Shown here: positions 13,445 to 27,529 of the stretch, piece by piece
How positions within the stretch are numbered: position 1 is the stretch's first letter
Layout of the letters: each line of letters begins with the position of its first letter
Source of the DNA: Nemertoderma westbladi
Lineage: Eukaryota > Animalia > Xenacoelomorpha
Reading direction: 5' to 3'
NCBI GenBank assembly: GCA_032718475.1
Contig: JAUCBJ010006851.1
Coordinates: forward strand, 15,985 to 79,984
DNA: 64,000 bases
The notes under the pieces: model-generated
What the model was told of the DNA's origin: nothing
What the model saw: the letters and a program-made list of their open reading frames with translations, nothing else
Databases searched by the model: none
Position numbers and translations under genes: made by a program

Positions 13445-13954
13445 AAAAATGTGGTCGTTTTGGCGTAATCTTACGTTAATCTTACGGTAATCTTGCGTAC
13501 CTAATCTTACGCCAGCCGCTATGGGGCGCTAAAAAAATTTTTTTTTCACATTTTTATTTACTATAGTTCATTCTCTATTCGATGGTATATAGCTTTCTGC
13601 GCATTTTTCAACCATATTGGAGATATAAACAAATTAAAAAAAACACCAGGGGGGTCCCCCCCCCCCCACTTAACTTTAGGAATCCTGTCAATACAATGCA
13701 GAAATTAGCTGTACCGGTATACCTACTGCAGTAACCTAGTATTAAGGTTTGTTGATCATACCAGGATACCGGTAGGCAAAACTGAAAGAAGTTTGGAATA
13801 GACAGTGTGTTCTCATTTTTGATGTAGTGTACTAGGACTTCAAGTCAGTCAGTCAGCCAGTCTCTTGTCGATTTAGTTGGTGTAGACACCATCAAAACTG
13901 GATTATTTTAAATATCACAATAATATAAATAATATTATAAATAATAATCAACAG

Positions 13955-14095
13955 ATGTAGATGAGTGCGCTACTGATACTCACGGATGCATTGAAAGTGA
14001 CACAACAACTGGAAGTTGTACAAACAATGAGGGAAGCTATCAATGTGAATGTAAAGCTGGCTTCATACCAACCGCCAATCCACAGATTTGCCAAG
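13955..14095 (+). CDS. Host-gene exon encoding one calcium-binding EGF-like domain
   Basis: AG|ATGTAGATGAGTGC...TGCCAAG|GT; 141 bp, phase 1-1; (D)[46 protein letters not shown] has six Cys and the cbEGF consensus (fibrillin/fibulin/LTBP-like). Confidence 0.9.
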
Positions 14096-14388
14096 GTAAT
14101 AAATAAATTTGTTTATTATTATTAATACATTATTACACATTAGTTAGATGTGGGGCGAGCCACGAAGTGAGTGAGCCTTAGCGTTGGGGTACACATTAGT
14201 TAGATGTGTGTATTGTAAAAGACTGAAGACTATTATTATTAATTGATATGATAAAGTTGGTATAAAAGTTTCTGGTAGAAATTATTCTTATATAATATAT
14301 AAATTTATTATTCACTAACTGGTAGTAGGTAAGTAAGTAATAAAATTTAAAAAATTAAAAATATAAATAATTAATTATAAAATTAAAA

Positions 14389-14597
14389 AATATAACAATA
14401 CTTTGTTAGGGGAGTTAGCTGAGAAAATCTTGGCGTTAGTAAATAATATAACAATACATTGTTAGGGGGTTAGCTATGAAAATCTTGGTGTTAGTAAATA
14501 ATATAACAATACTTTGTTAGGGGAGTTAGCTGAGAAAGTCTTGGCATTAGTAAAAATGTAACAATACTTTGTTAGGGGAGTTAGCTGAGAAAATCTT
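14389..14597. repeat. ~58-bp tandem repeat (x3.5), cut by an LTR
   Basis: Unit aatataacaatactttgttaggggagttagctgagaaaatcttggcgttagtaaat; the last copy stops at tgtgacggg (14598). Confidence 0.85.
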
Positions 14598-15075
14598 TGT
14601 GACGGGATCCTAAGATCCCGACCGGGTTAGATTTGTACGCGTCACCGTTCTGCTGGGCAGTTGTACTGGGTTTGGCCGAAGGCCGTCGGGGAAAAACAAT
14701 AGAGTTTCTGATTCTCAATGTTTATACTCCAAGCAATAATAGCACAATCGGTAAATCAGTGATATCACGGTAAATTGGTAACAGCCGAAAATACACAGTA
14801 ATATATGATGTTAGTGGCGGTGACGGTCATAAATTATGACCGGTCTGCAACTGAGTAACTAATGAACTGACCAGTAAATCAGTAATGCAGAATAATATAT
14901 GATTAAAACACATGGGTATTGATTTCACCTCTTACTGTACTTGGCCCTCTGTACCCAGTGGATGCTTTCCTATCTCTAATCACGTGCTTCCCTCCCCGCT
15001 ATTGGCTAATATACTAATTGTCACTTTGGCACTCCCTGTGAGTGTTTCCCCCCGCTGCTAGCCTCTACTAGCCTG
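14598..15075 (-). repeat. Truncated LTR remnant (probably the 3' LTR of BEL-H), fused to gag by deletion
   Basis: Abrupt TGTGACGGG start interrupting the tandem repeat; CCAAT-like motif; joins gag codons at a ctagcc microrepeat near 15075. Confidence 0.5.
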
Positions 15076-15149
15076 CTAGCCTTCAATACCTTGGTATTGT
15101 CTCATGATGTCGTATGCTGGCCTACCTGTGTAGACTTGTAAGTATTTAA

Positions 15150-15860
15150 GGGGGGGGTACACCATTTTCGGACAACTCTTCGATTTATCACTCTCAGCGT
15201 TTCAAAATTGTTTGATTTTGGCTAAAATTTGGCATATAGGTGCCTAAGATGCTATTCTACATGACAGGTCAGAAAATATTTTTTTTTCGCTATTTAATAT
15301 TAGTTAATACTAGTTAACAACAAAAAAAACTTGGTTGCGCTTAAAACCCTAAGGCTTTTACAGTTTTGAACCTAATCACATGAAAGTTTTTTTATATGAT
15401 AGATCAAAGATGGGGCAACATAACTATCAGGCGAAATTTTGTTAAAATAATTCTGCACCGCTAGGTGGCGCTGCAAATTTATGCAAATTTTTAGGTTTTT
15501 TATAAATAGTATTAAATTTTATTAACAAAAAATTTCGAAAAGTTGCCTGATACTTTTATGCAGGGTGACTATCTAGACACCCACAGGAAGTTTCAGACTA
15601 ATTACTCAAAAATTGTAGAAGTAGTAGGGTTTTGAAGTTGACAATTTCATGAAAAAAATATTTGGAGATAATCGACCTTTCATTATACATAGTAATAGTA
15701 ATTTCAATAGGATTCCGTAAAGGGAAATTTACATAACTTGAAAACTGAAAGAGCTATTAAATAGCGGTTTTCAGATTTGGAAACACCATTCAATGGTGCA
15801 TTACAATAGACCATAAAAAAAATTTCGACATATTTTGGACCAAAATGGTGTACCCCCCCC
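15150..15860. mobile_element. Non-autonomous DNA transposon (Kolobok-like MITE, 711 bp)
   Basis: TTAA TSD (15146-15149, 15861-15864) and 19-bp TIR GGGGGGGGTACACCATTTT; purine-initial TIR with TTAA fits Kolobok rather than piggyBac. Confidence 0.85.
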
Positions 15861-16126
15861 TTAAGGCACTCCGCCTGCATCAAGTTCTTCATTAAGATTT
15901 CATTGCTGTACAATAGCCGGAATTGCAGATATTCCTCCGGCTTACTACCATTGAATTTGAAGGGCTCCACCAGTGGCTGCTCGATCCTAGTCGCGTCGAT
16001 GAGTGTTGCCATTCCCATCGCTTGTACTTCTAGCGCGCTCGATGGTAGAGATACAGACTCCCTTGCTGTTGGGTGTGGTTCACACTTCGGGCCCATCGAC
16101 TTTCCTTGCGTTGGATATATCATCGG

Positions 16127-16728
16127 TATCACGTTGGCTAAAAGAATCCTTTGTGAAGATTCTATAGCCAGGAAGGAAATAAGGAGGGCCGGTTGCGGTA
16201 CTCCAAGTATTTCTTCCCCTGGGCCACGTGTAAGCCTTGACTGGGCTGATAATTCTAGAGCTCCTTTTATAAGGATGTCCAAACCTCCCAAACAGACTCC
16301 AGGCTATCCCTGAACCTTAATATAAATACCCAAACATGCCAAACCCAATAGAGTTACCTGATTGCCAAAGTTACCTTGCTCGCTTGACCGCGAGTGAAGC
16401 CCCTCTCCACGGCGGAATAGAGTGACGGAAATATAAGTTGTAACCCACGATATAATAGAGAATGGACGACGGTCCCGGTGACCTGGTGGATTGTTCTAGG
16501 CGCTGGTGAGTAATGTTGTCTGTTATTGTAGGATTGGGAACAAATCCCATAAGAACTTTATGAATTTTCCCAGTCAGTAGTTAGCAGTACTGCAGTATGC
16601 CTACATCGGTAGGCTACTCTCTGTGTTGCAGGAGTAGTGCAGTCGTGTCCTGTCACTTCTGCTGTCTGCTATCTGATGGATACCGGAAGTGTCATTTGTC
16701 ATTTTACAGGCCACCAGGTGACGTCATA
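16127..16728 (-). repeat. BEL-B 3' LTR
   Basis: Direct repeat of 27530-28131 (about 14 substitutions and 2 indels by eye); termini TATCACGT...ACGTCATA. Confidence 0.95.
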
Positions 16729-18578
16729 CCGCTCCCTAAAAAAATATTTATAAATTATTTATAAACAAAAAGGAAACTGGTGGTACAATCAAATAGCATG
16801 TAATCCCTTCACCAATATGACACACGTAAATAATTATATTGGTAACACAATACGTTATTAATAATTGTTGTAAACTACTATATTTGTGACTATCACATAC
16901 TAAACTATTAATTATTTACGTAGTTGTAGTTAAGTATATATGGTGTATACATTTTGAGTTGGAACTCAAATTAATTAACTATCAGTAAGGGAAAATAAAC
17001 TAACATAGGCATTTAATTTACTTATTGCACCGTTATTACAACAACAACAAAAATTTCTAAAAACTTACGATTGAGTATGATTAACTCGAAATGAAATACT
17101 TAGTACTTGCTGGCTCCCATTTAGGCAAGGTTTCTCTAGGTAATGTTTGCTGAATATGCTGATCCAGTAAACACTATAGCCTGCGTTCTCGGGGGAGTTC
17201 GGAGGCGGCTTCAGTTCGCGCTCCTCCGCTCCAACTCCCTCTGTTTGCGTGGTGGCCGGCGTCCCTGGAGGGCGCTGGGCTTTGGGGATGGTGCGGGTCT
17301 GCGGGGGAATGACCTCGCAGACCATTATTAATTCACGGTGCACCATTTTTAATTGTTGTTAAATTTTATTGTCTTAATTGTTTTGTTCTGATTGGTGGTG
17401 GGATGCTGGTGCAGTTTTATATTTAATTTTGGTTTTATGGATATTATATATTTATGATGTAAACACTATTGCACTATATGTATAACTTAATATATATTCT
17501 TAGAATAATAACATGATTAATATAATGGACTTTCTGAATAAAACTATATTACCGCAAGTAAAGTTATCATATCAAAGAAATTATCAACAAACCAAGTATT
17601 AACAATATAAACATTTCAACGCCAAATTAATCAAACTTCTGAAATTCAAATAGACACCGTTTTCGGGGACTGACTCCTGAAGGTCATTCACCCAGTGTTT
17701 TTCCCGTCTGCAGGCAATTACCAAGGAAAGGTTGAGATAATTATTTGGTTCACCGGTAAGATAGATAACGAGTCGCCCATCACGTCACGCAGATCCGATC
17801 CGTCTAGGATATATAGGTCTAGCATCGGTCCAACGAAACATCTTTGTCCCAGGACGTCTGTGGTTCCGTAGTCTAGGTAAATAGCCGTTGCTGTGGGGAG
17901 TCAAATGGAGTATTCCAACGTTGGCGATAAGGCAATTAGTCCCTCACCCACCGTTCGATTCCCCCCAATAATAATAAACACATAGAGATAGCCTGGATTT
18001 TTCCTATATTATTATTATGTTATATAGTATCACACTGTTTCATAATCAAAATCAATCCAATCAGGCGATTACCTCTTAAAATGTAAAAGTAATCAAATTG
18101 GTGATAACATAAATTCACCAAACTGAAACCAAGAGGAAGAATAACTTCAGAGATTAATTATTTTTTAATTAACCAAACAGTTTTAGTTATAATAAATGTT
18201 ATTTTTATTTTTTAAACACTCCGACCCTCCTTCGGTCTAAAATGTATTTTATTAAGTCATTAAATTTTTCTAGAATTACTTTTGAAAGTTGGTCATTAAT
18301 TAAAAATTTTATTGTTAACTATAAATTCAACAAATCTCAATAAATTTAAATAAATTTAAATTTATTACCGGAATTATGTTTATATGTCTCTATGTATGTC
18401 ATATTTTGTTCTAATTCATGCGCTAGTTTCTTAGATCAGATAAATATGAACATCATACGATCTATTCATACTAAACATACAACGCATTATAATACACACA
18501 TTCTTTGCTATATTAAATCGGTTATCTGTATACAGTTTCAGTTAATAAGTAGAATCATTAAAGTTATTAACATGGCGT

Positions 18579-20015
18579 TTACGGTTTATGTTTGTCAACA
18601 GATTTCCGTTGGGTATTTGTAATATTACTAAGGATCCACGGCTGATTATGTTGAAGAGGCTGAAATTGACCATATATACCTGTCTTCTCTGAGTCTTGTT
18701 CAAGGAGGCATAATTTCTGTATCGGTCTTTCGAGAATACTCCCATTCTGCGTCTTCAACTTAGCGCTTCTGACTAAGCCATCGCCGCTGTAGTTAGGTTC
18801 TAAGACAGTAGCTGTAAGCCAATCCCGCCGTGGCCGTACAGGGTCATGAATTAAGACGATATCACCAATATTTAGATTTGGTCGTTGGCAAAACCACTTC
18901 GATCTTAGGCGTTGAGAAGGTAAATAGTCAATCAACCAATTGTTCCAGAATCGTTGAGTCAGGAGTTGAAGAACTTTCCAAGTGCGTCGGGAATGAAGAT
19001 CATTATCCTCCATTTCGGATATTGGTATCGTAATGGCTGGTTTAGAGAAGAGGAAATGTGCTGGAGTGAGAGCTTCAGCTGATTCAGAAGATTGCGAAAT
19101 ACGTGTTAATGGTCGGTTGTTCAAAACTAATTCGATCTGAGCCAACAATGTGCGCAACGCCTCATCATCCAAATACGTGCAAGTCTCATCCTCGGGCAAC
19201 AGTTTGTAGAAAGCTTGTTTGACACTCTGTACCAGCCTTTCATAAGTTTCCCCATACCAAGGAGCGTGGGGTGGAGTAAAGTACCAGTCTATGAGGTTTA
19301 TTTGATGATTATCAAGAAGCTCGTGTAGCGATTGCGTATTCCACTCATTGATATTCTTACGAAGCTCTTTCTCGGCTGCTACGAAGTTTCCTCCATTATC
19401 AGCGGTGATATGATGAGGTTGTCCGCGCCGTGCGATCAATCTGGACGATGCGGACAAAAACGAACCCATGTTAGCTTGATACAAAACGTCCAGATGGATC
19501 GCCCTTGTAGTCATACATACCGCCAATAGGCCCCATCGTTTGACAGTAGTTCTGGCGCGCTTAACTAATATCGGGCCAAACATATCCACTCCACAATTGG
19601 TAAATGCTGGCTCATATGCCGCCATCCGAACGTTGGGTAGATCTCCCATCTGTTGCTTCATCAGTGGTGAGTTGTATCTCCGGCAGTGAAGACAATTGCG
19701 CATAACATTCCGTAGATACTTCCAGGGTGAAACCAGAAAATAGTGTTGTCTCAAATGACTCAAGATATGGTCTCTTCCTGAGTGATTAAGTTCAAGGTGA
19801 GTGTCATGAAATAATTGTTCCAAGAGGAACGGTTCACGCAACATGATAGGATGTATAGTGTCATAGGACACTGGAGCCATTGTTAGGCGTGTTTGAACTC
19901 GAATATTCCCATTTGACATGATTGTGGCAACACGCTGAGGGGGAATAGGATTATTATGTTGATGTTTCAAAAAAAGTTCTGGATCTGCTATTCTTTGTGA
20001 GAGGCGAAGTCTCAT
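18579..20015 (-). pseudogene. BEL-B integrase
   Basis: HHCC (HLELNH...CLHC), GVDMFGP, ADNGGNF, YERLV and a DUF5641-like C-terminus (GDIVL, DGLVRSA, ERPIQKL). Confidence 0.92.
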
Positions 20016-20096
20016 TTGTAAACTCGTCCTTAGTTCTTCTAGTGTTAATGGACCAACAAATCTAAGAGGTTTCTCGGTCGTCTTGGGATTATTTTG

Positions 20097-22308
20097 TCAC
20101 CAACAATACCAATGTGCCATGCGATGGATGTAGCAAATATCTCGAATCGAGGCACGAAGACTTTGCTGACTGCTCAGAAGTCCTTTCATCCAAGGATGCA
20201 ATCCTTTGTCTAAGTTTGGAAATTGAATCTCTTTACATGGGAAGGATGACTCACTGGCACCTTTGGGAATTGGGGTAGGATCATCTTCAACATTTATTAT
20301 TATATTGGTTTCTCCTAAAATCAACCTAGATTTGGGGTGGTATACTCTATCGGGAACTATCTCCGCTCCCTTGGGGAGATTTAGATCTCGCAGTACATGA
20401 GGCCACTCATCTTCTGTCTCCCACAAGAAATATGGACCTTTCCACCATATGGAAGAATTGACTAATTCTTCTGCTGTTGAGCCACGACAGGCCAGATCAG
20501 CTGGATTAATGGTACCAGCTATATGACGCCATTGATATAGGAGTGATCGTTTTAATATTCGAGTCACCCGGTTTGTTATAAACACAGAGAGTTTATGTTT
20601 ACGGTTATGCAGGTATTGTAATACTATGGTAGCATCAGTCCAATAATATTGTTCTACCTTAAGAGTAAGTTCAGCTGTGATAATCTCAGCAAGTTCAGTT
20701 CCCAGCACAGCAGCTTGCAATTCTGCCTTAGGGGTTGATAGTTCCTGTTTAGGCATAATACGAGATTTTAAAGCAACAAAGGTTACTGAAAATATACCCT
20801 TCAACTCTCGTCTAAAATAGGCCGTTGCACCCATCCCATTATCACAAGCGTCAACAAAGACATGAAGTTGAAGTTGTTCGGTTGTTTGCAAGTGAGGAAA
20901 GTATGTTCTGGGAATAGTTAATTGTTCTATATTTTTAAGGTCCTTTTCCCACTTACTCCAGGCCTCAAACAGAAATTGGGGAATAGTATCATCCCAATCT
21001 AAATCTAAAAGCCAAGTTTTCTTAAGCAAGAACTTAGCCCTCATAATTACTGGCGCAACATATCCAAATGGGTCGAAGACCTTGTGCATTTTCGAAAGGC
21101 ATTGGCGTCGTGTTTTTGCTGGCACATTATCAATAAAGGCAACTGTGAAGTAGAACTCATCTTCTTGCATTCGCCAACGTAGTCCCAATGTTTTCATTAC
21201 TGGGAGCTGCTCTACATCTAAGTCTAGGGTAGGGGAGGCCCGTTCTTCTGGTGGAAATGTCTGTAGTAGTTCCTTGCTGTTGCTAGCGAATTTCACCAGT
21301 CGAAAGCCACCCCGGAGCAGGCAATCTTGAACACCATGAGCAATATCAATTAAGTTTCGACTGATTGGATGTGACTTAAGAACATCATCCATATAAAAAC
21401 TATTCTTTATTGTTTCAATTATAACCTTTTTGAAATCATTGGCATTGTCATCAGCTGTTGCATACACAATACTCTCAGCATTGCTAGGTGAGGATATTAC
21501 TCCAAAGGGTTGGCACTTCATCCAATATTGGCTTGGCTCACCTTCAAGCTCAGTTGTCGGCCACCAATAATATCGGAGGCTGTCTTGGTCCACTGTGAGG
21601 GCACGTACCTGTAGAAACATTGCTTCTATATCTGCTACGAAAGCTACATTAAACTCACGAAATCTAATAAGAATTCCTACCAAAGATTGTAATAAGTTTG
21701 GTCCAGGAAGTATCTCTGTATTGAGTGATTTACCTTTATATGTGGCATGACAGTCGAAAACAACTCGTACAGTGTTGGGTTTGTTTTCATGGGTTACAAA
21801 ATGATGCGGCATAAAATATGACCTGGGACCAAATTGTCGTTGGTCAGATGGAACCAATTCTGAGCAATCAATTTTAAGGTATTTATCCATTTGATGTTGA
21901 TACATATCTAAATATTTAGGGTTCTTCTTCAGCCTTTTTCTCATGTTCAGAGCTCTATTATATGCTAGGCTAGAATTGTTAATAAGCTGTGGAGGATCAT
22001 CCCGCCACAGCAGACCAGGTCTGATAATGTCCATTAGGCAAAAGTTTGCGCGTCCAATGCTGGATCTCCACAGCATGGAGGTCGTCTGGAGACATTGCTA
22101 ATTTATCCTCATTCACATTAGTGCTGTCATTCTCAAGCCATTGTTGCATGGCCAAATCAAGAGTCATATTATCCAAGGCTGAACATTCTTCCTTATTATG
22201 ATAATCATCGTGGGTTCTAGATGATTCACTATGAGTCACCAAGTGCATTAAGGTATCGTAAGTATCCTGAGTGGGCAGTTCAGTCGTGTCTCTACCTAAG
22301 GCTGCCAA
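20097..22308 (-). pseudogene. BEL-B RT-RNase H
   Basis: VRVVFDC, ADIEAMFLQV, FYMDD, FDPFG, LHVFVDA and NPADLACRG motifs; frameshift near 22020. Confidence 0.92.
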
Positions 22309-22443
22309 TTCCTGTTCTATGAATGTATCTTGTAGTCGACATACTGATTCATGAGTGAGTATTTCAATGTAATTTATACTCTCAGATTCTCTCTCTTTTA
22401 ATGTTCTCTCTGATGGTCCCGAACAATACCATCCAAGAGGTGT

Positions 22444-25400
22444 TCATGCCGCAAATGGCGAACTGTATTTGGATGACCCCACTCCCAAGAAAGCTGCCGG
22501 AATTGTTTCTAAAACGCGAAAGGCTTCAGGGCAGTTCTGCCCTATGAGCATGACAACCTTAGGATCTTCAGCCGTTGCTAGAGGAATCTGGTATTGTTTG
22601 GAAAAATCATCACTCAACCAGTCATGGAGAGTCCCAAGTGCGTTTTTTAAACCATTCATACATATAATTTTGATGTTCTCTGCCATTTCCCCTTCCACGT
22701 CATCCCTGGCTGGACTAAGTTTACCCTTTGCCACTACTGTAGGCATCTCTTGGTACCAGGCTATGGCCGTTAAGTGTAGGTTAGTTTCTTTGGTTACCCC
22801 AAACAACTGGTCGAAAATATCCCCATCTAGAAAGGTAGTCGAGCTACCCGTATCTACAAGAACATTAACAATTGTTGAACCCTTATCGCCATTTAGTCTC
22901 AAGGTCAAAACTGGAAATTCACGCACTGGACCACCTCTACGATTGAGTCTACAGGAAATTATGGCAGCATTATCGATAAAATTTGACTCATGTTCTGCAA
23001 ACTCAGTAACTCCATATTGATCACCAGCAGCATCTGAATCTGTCTCAGATTCTACTATTCTCATCGCAGCCTCTTCTCGTTTAGTTTCACGTGAGGTAAG
23101 TTCTTCTTTATGAAGGATAGTGTGGTGGGCTTCACCACAAATTTTACAACGATTTTTATTCTTACAATGGGACCGGAGGTGGAGGCTTGATAAACAGTTG
23201 TAGCAAAGTTTTTCACATTGACAAAAGGATCTTCTTTTCTCTAGATTCATCTTATTAAAGTCTTCACATTTAAACAAGTTATGGGTATCTCCACATTTAA
23301 TACATTTCAATTCACCTGTCCCTCTGGATACAGTTGGTTTGGGTGGGATATTTTGTTTAGAAGGTCGAGTGATAGCATTAAGAGCCTTGGATTGCTGATG
23401 TCTTCCTTTTGCTGGCTTATGCAATTTCGCCACTATCCGATTTAAGAACTCATCATCATCACTTGAGTCATCTGTTCTTACTGCATTTACCCTCGAAAAT
23501 CTTTCAATATCTTTATTAAGAATTGTGGTATTATTGGGCCTTGCAACAGGCATTAAAACAAGAATATCCACCTCTTCTTCCAAAAACTGGACAAAATGTT
23601 CAGCTTTGGCAATATTAGGATCATTCAATCGATGCTGGTGATGTAATTGTGCCTTTACCCATCGTCGATGAGTGGGTTCTGTTAACTTAGCTGCGAGATC
23701 GTTCAATATCTTAGTGTTATCTAGCTGAGGTCCAGCCCCGAGTTGATGCAACTGTTGGAAAGTCCATTTTACCTCATCTGCGAATTCAATTACCTTTTCA
23801 GGTTGGCTTACAGGTTCCATTTTCAAAAGTTTCTCCAATAATGATGCAATTATGGATTGCTCTCGACCATAACGTTTGTTCAAACCTTCCCAGGCCTTTA
23901 TGAATCCATCCTGAAGACCAACACAACTTTCTACCATCCTTAAAGGTGCATCTTCCACCATAGCCATCAAATAGTTCAAGTTTTCTTGATCCATCAAGTG
24001 GAATCCCAAAACTGCTGTCTCAAAGTGATGTCTGAAGGTTACCCAATCATCTGCAGCACCAGAAAATTTCTTTAACTTTATTTTCGGAAGATTTCTCTCA
24101 GCCGTAAGTCTATTCATAGCATGTGCTATGGTTGGTTCCATCGATGAAGTATTAATTCTACTGGACTGAAGCATCCCTATATCCCTCGATACCAAAGGAG
24201 GTGGACACCCTTCACCCAGTGGAGCAGAAGTTGAATTTGATCTATCAATATTATCCTGGTATGTATTATTTACAAGTTGACTTCTAGAAAGGTTATTGTG
24301 AGTTTGACCTCCTGGAGAGTTCATACTACCATTGGAAGTTAGAGTTTCATGAGGGGGCAGTTGGGCCGTATCTGCATTGAGCGCAACTTCTGCTTGGATC
24401 CTATCCACATGATCAAAGCAACTCTTCCGAAGGTCCTTTAACCGTATGTCCATGTTCTTGGCTAGCTGACTTATGTGCTGTCCCCAGTGCCCATGGGGTG
24501 GTTGTAAACCCTGTATTTCATTAATCTTCTGGGATAAACCCTGCAGACTCTGCTCCATTTCATATCTCCAATTCGAATATTGGTCTATTGGTGACCATCC
24601 CATTTTATTATTGTATATAGCATTTGTGTGTTTAGGAATGGTTCCGCCTATACTTGTAGAGTATTGCATGGATATTGGAGGTGGTACAGGTATTGATTGT
24701 ATCCTTGGATGTAAGATAGCCTTTGGTTCTCTCGAGGTTTGATACCTCAGTGAAGATAATTGCGGTCTATTTCCACTTCCAGGATTCTTCTGGAAATAGT
24801 GGGAGGATGGTGCCATCTCAGTGTCCTGCCGCTCATATCTAATCTCTGAGGTTACATGTTTTGGCTCAATTCTACCAGGTTTAGGAGTTCCTTTTGCCTC
24901 TTTCAAAGCCTCTGATTCTAGGAGAATTCTATGTTTTTCCGGTGGAATTTCGTCAGCTCGCCTCTTGTTAGGTACTGGTGGGCAAAACTCAACATGATGT
25001 GACAAGTCGGGTTGGGTGGTTACAACATTGACCTTCATTCTCTTTCTATCTTCTAGGTTTTTGTCTATCAAGTGATCCTCTTGATTTTCTTCCATAACCA
25101 ACCGATTCAAATCAGGTACCAGGGGTTGCTGTAAATATCGCTGCAAAGTCTCGGAACTGGGATTAATTGGAGATGAGCTGATAGGTCCTGTTGCAGCTGG
25201 TAGCAAAGACTGCCCTTCTTGTCCAATTGAAACAAAAGGGGCATCATCCAGGATGGTGTCATTTACTTCCTGCAGCTGGGACTGCAGACGGATAAATTTC
25301 TGTTGTTGATCTAGGGCATCATTCTGCAATTGAAACTCCATATCTTTCAGTTTCTTCTGTTCCGCTAACTCCTCAAATATATTATCTTGATGACGTTGTT

Positions 25401-26233
25401 CCGCAGCAACTCTTTCTTCAACCTCTCATTTCTTAGATTGGGCTATCCTTTCTTCCACAGCTTGTTGGTTGGCTCTCTTCTGGGAGCTCAGTATTATGTT
25501 ATCTCTCAGTTGTTGTGCTTCTGTTTGCTTTCGTTGAGTGATCAATTCTTCCTGTTGTTGATATTCCTTACGGCGACGATCCCTATGTTTCTTTGCTATT
25601 TCAAAGCGTTGCATCCGGTCCTCCCCTTTTGAAGAGGCAACACTGCTTTCGCTTAATGTGCAGGTCGGGGGTGAAAATAGAGGCATCATTACTCCTGCTG
25701 CTCCACACCATTTTTGGTATAGACTAGATATTTTTTGGTATCTGCCATCGTGCTCACGTGCACGCATCTGTAATCTATGATCAAGAGTGTCCAATTGTCG
25801 GGCCTTGGCAACGAGATGTATCCACTCCAAATGAGACATAAGGCGTTGTCGTTTTGCTTCTAATTCAACATTCCATGTGTATACTTCGTCTGGACGGTGA
25901 GCCTGGAAGCCTGGGTGACTCGGGGGTGAGTTTCGCTTCCAATGTGTTTAGATACTGTGTCGACGCTGATAAATATCCGGAGCTTATGTGGTCTAAACGT
26001 TCACAAGAGACAGTGGGGTCAATACCCTCCAATTTCAACTGCATACAAGCTGATAAGTAGGAGTCTGTGGCTCTCTCACTAAGAGGTCTCGTTGTTACAG
26101 CTAATAGCTGGTGTTCTTCTGATTTGGTTTCATCACTTTCTTGCTGTGGGGGAACTACTGTTAAGTCAGAAGCTGATGGCGAATTGTTCGGATTTTCCCC
26201 ATCCGTGGTATACTGTCTATTATCATCAGACAT
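22444..26233 (-). pseudogene. BEL-B gag-protease (fragments 25865-26233, 25426-25839, 22444-25341)
   Basis: KKFSGAADDWVTF gag motif; CIKCGDTH/CYNCLSSLH/CKICGEAHH knuckles; VLVDTGS protease; broken by stops and frameshifts. Confidence 0.88.
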
Positions 26234-27529
26234 GTTTAAAATTGATATATGAAATATTCAACAAAGGCCTAATAAAGCCAAATGGTCTGAATGTCTTAAA
26301 AAGAAATAGGCTTACTACTACTTTTACTGAACCGAATATAAATGTTGGGTACTCTATCTGTACCTATTGGGAGCAGTAGGGAAGCGTAATATGATATCCC
26401 TTTTTCACAAAAGATTGTATTCAATCGTGGTCAGTGGATAGCCTAAAAGATTAAAATTGGCTGAAACAGACAGGTAGGTACCGATACTGTGTTTATATTT
26501 TAAACTTAACTGCAGAACTGCAATGAAAAACTAGTTACTTACAATTAGGCAAACACAAATATATTTACAGAATTAATAGGATTTATTGCTAGACTGAAGC
26601 AATTAATTACTCATAAGACGAGGGTGAATAATGTCTATATTGTAAATATTGAAGTAGGGCCTACCTAGATACACAATTAAATAGGCCTATGCACTATGGC
26701 GGCTTGGGCTGTTGGGCAATGTATTAAATACTAAATACATATAGGCTAGCTATATACTGATATTTATATAGATACGAACCATATATTGGTAGATACTAGA
26801 CAGTCTCTCAGTGCCTATACTCAGATATCGGTACTTTATATATATAATAACGAAATAACGTCTGAGTTGAGTATATGTAGGACGTTATTACCTTTAATAT
26901 TATTATATAATAATATTAATATACACACTTTAATAGACAATAATAGCCTATCAAATACTGGTACTGAAATTGGTTAACTCGGTCTATCAACCAGTTATGA
27001 GTTCTGGAGTTAACTAGGTTATATACCGTACAGATATATAGATATATACCGGTATATATAGCAGTATAGGCTGATAGGCAAAACTCCTGATACCGGTATA
27101 CCACTAAATCTGAACAGAAGCAGAGAAATGTCGCAATATAAAAGGCTGTTTGCAGGTTTGGCCAATTAAATGTCAGAACGCGGTTTGACATTGACAGTTT
27201 GATTCAGCCGGTAAACATATAGGTTTGTGCCAAAAATTAAATTAAATTTGGCGGAAAAACAATAATAATGACTTGGATTGATTATAATTTTTCCAGGGCA
27301 AATTTTCAACCGGTTGCGGAAGTGAACGTCTGTCCTACCCAGCGCATTTACACTGCGGTTGATGACCAACTGACAAAAGACACTCGATATGCGAGGTAAT
27401 CTAAAGTAAATTGATCGCAGACTACAGAGTCTTTGGTGAAGAGCTGCCGTAGTCCACTAATCACCAAGGCTGCTGAGCCAAGGAAATTGTGAAGAACTGC
27501 GATTTTATTTTAAATTCTAAAGTTCTTAT

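Noticed and set aside
11540-13479. 195-aa and 396-aa ORFs, and a CRISPR-like appearance of the arrays
   Set aside because: Stop-free translations of a minisatellite; no unique spacers and no cas genes; eukaryotic context.
15704-16291. 195-aa ORF as a gene
   Set aside because: Chimera of BEL-B LTR, BEL-H gag and MITE sequence.
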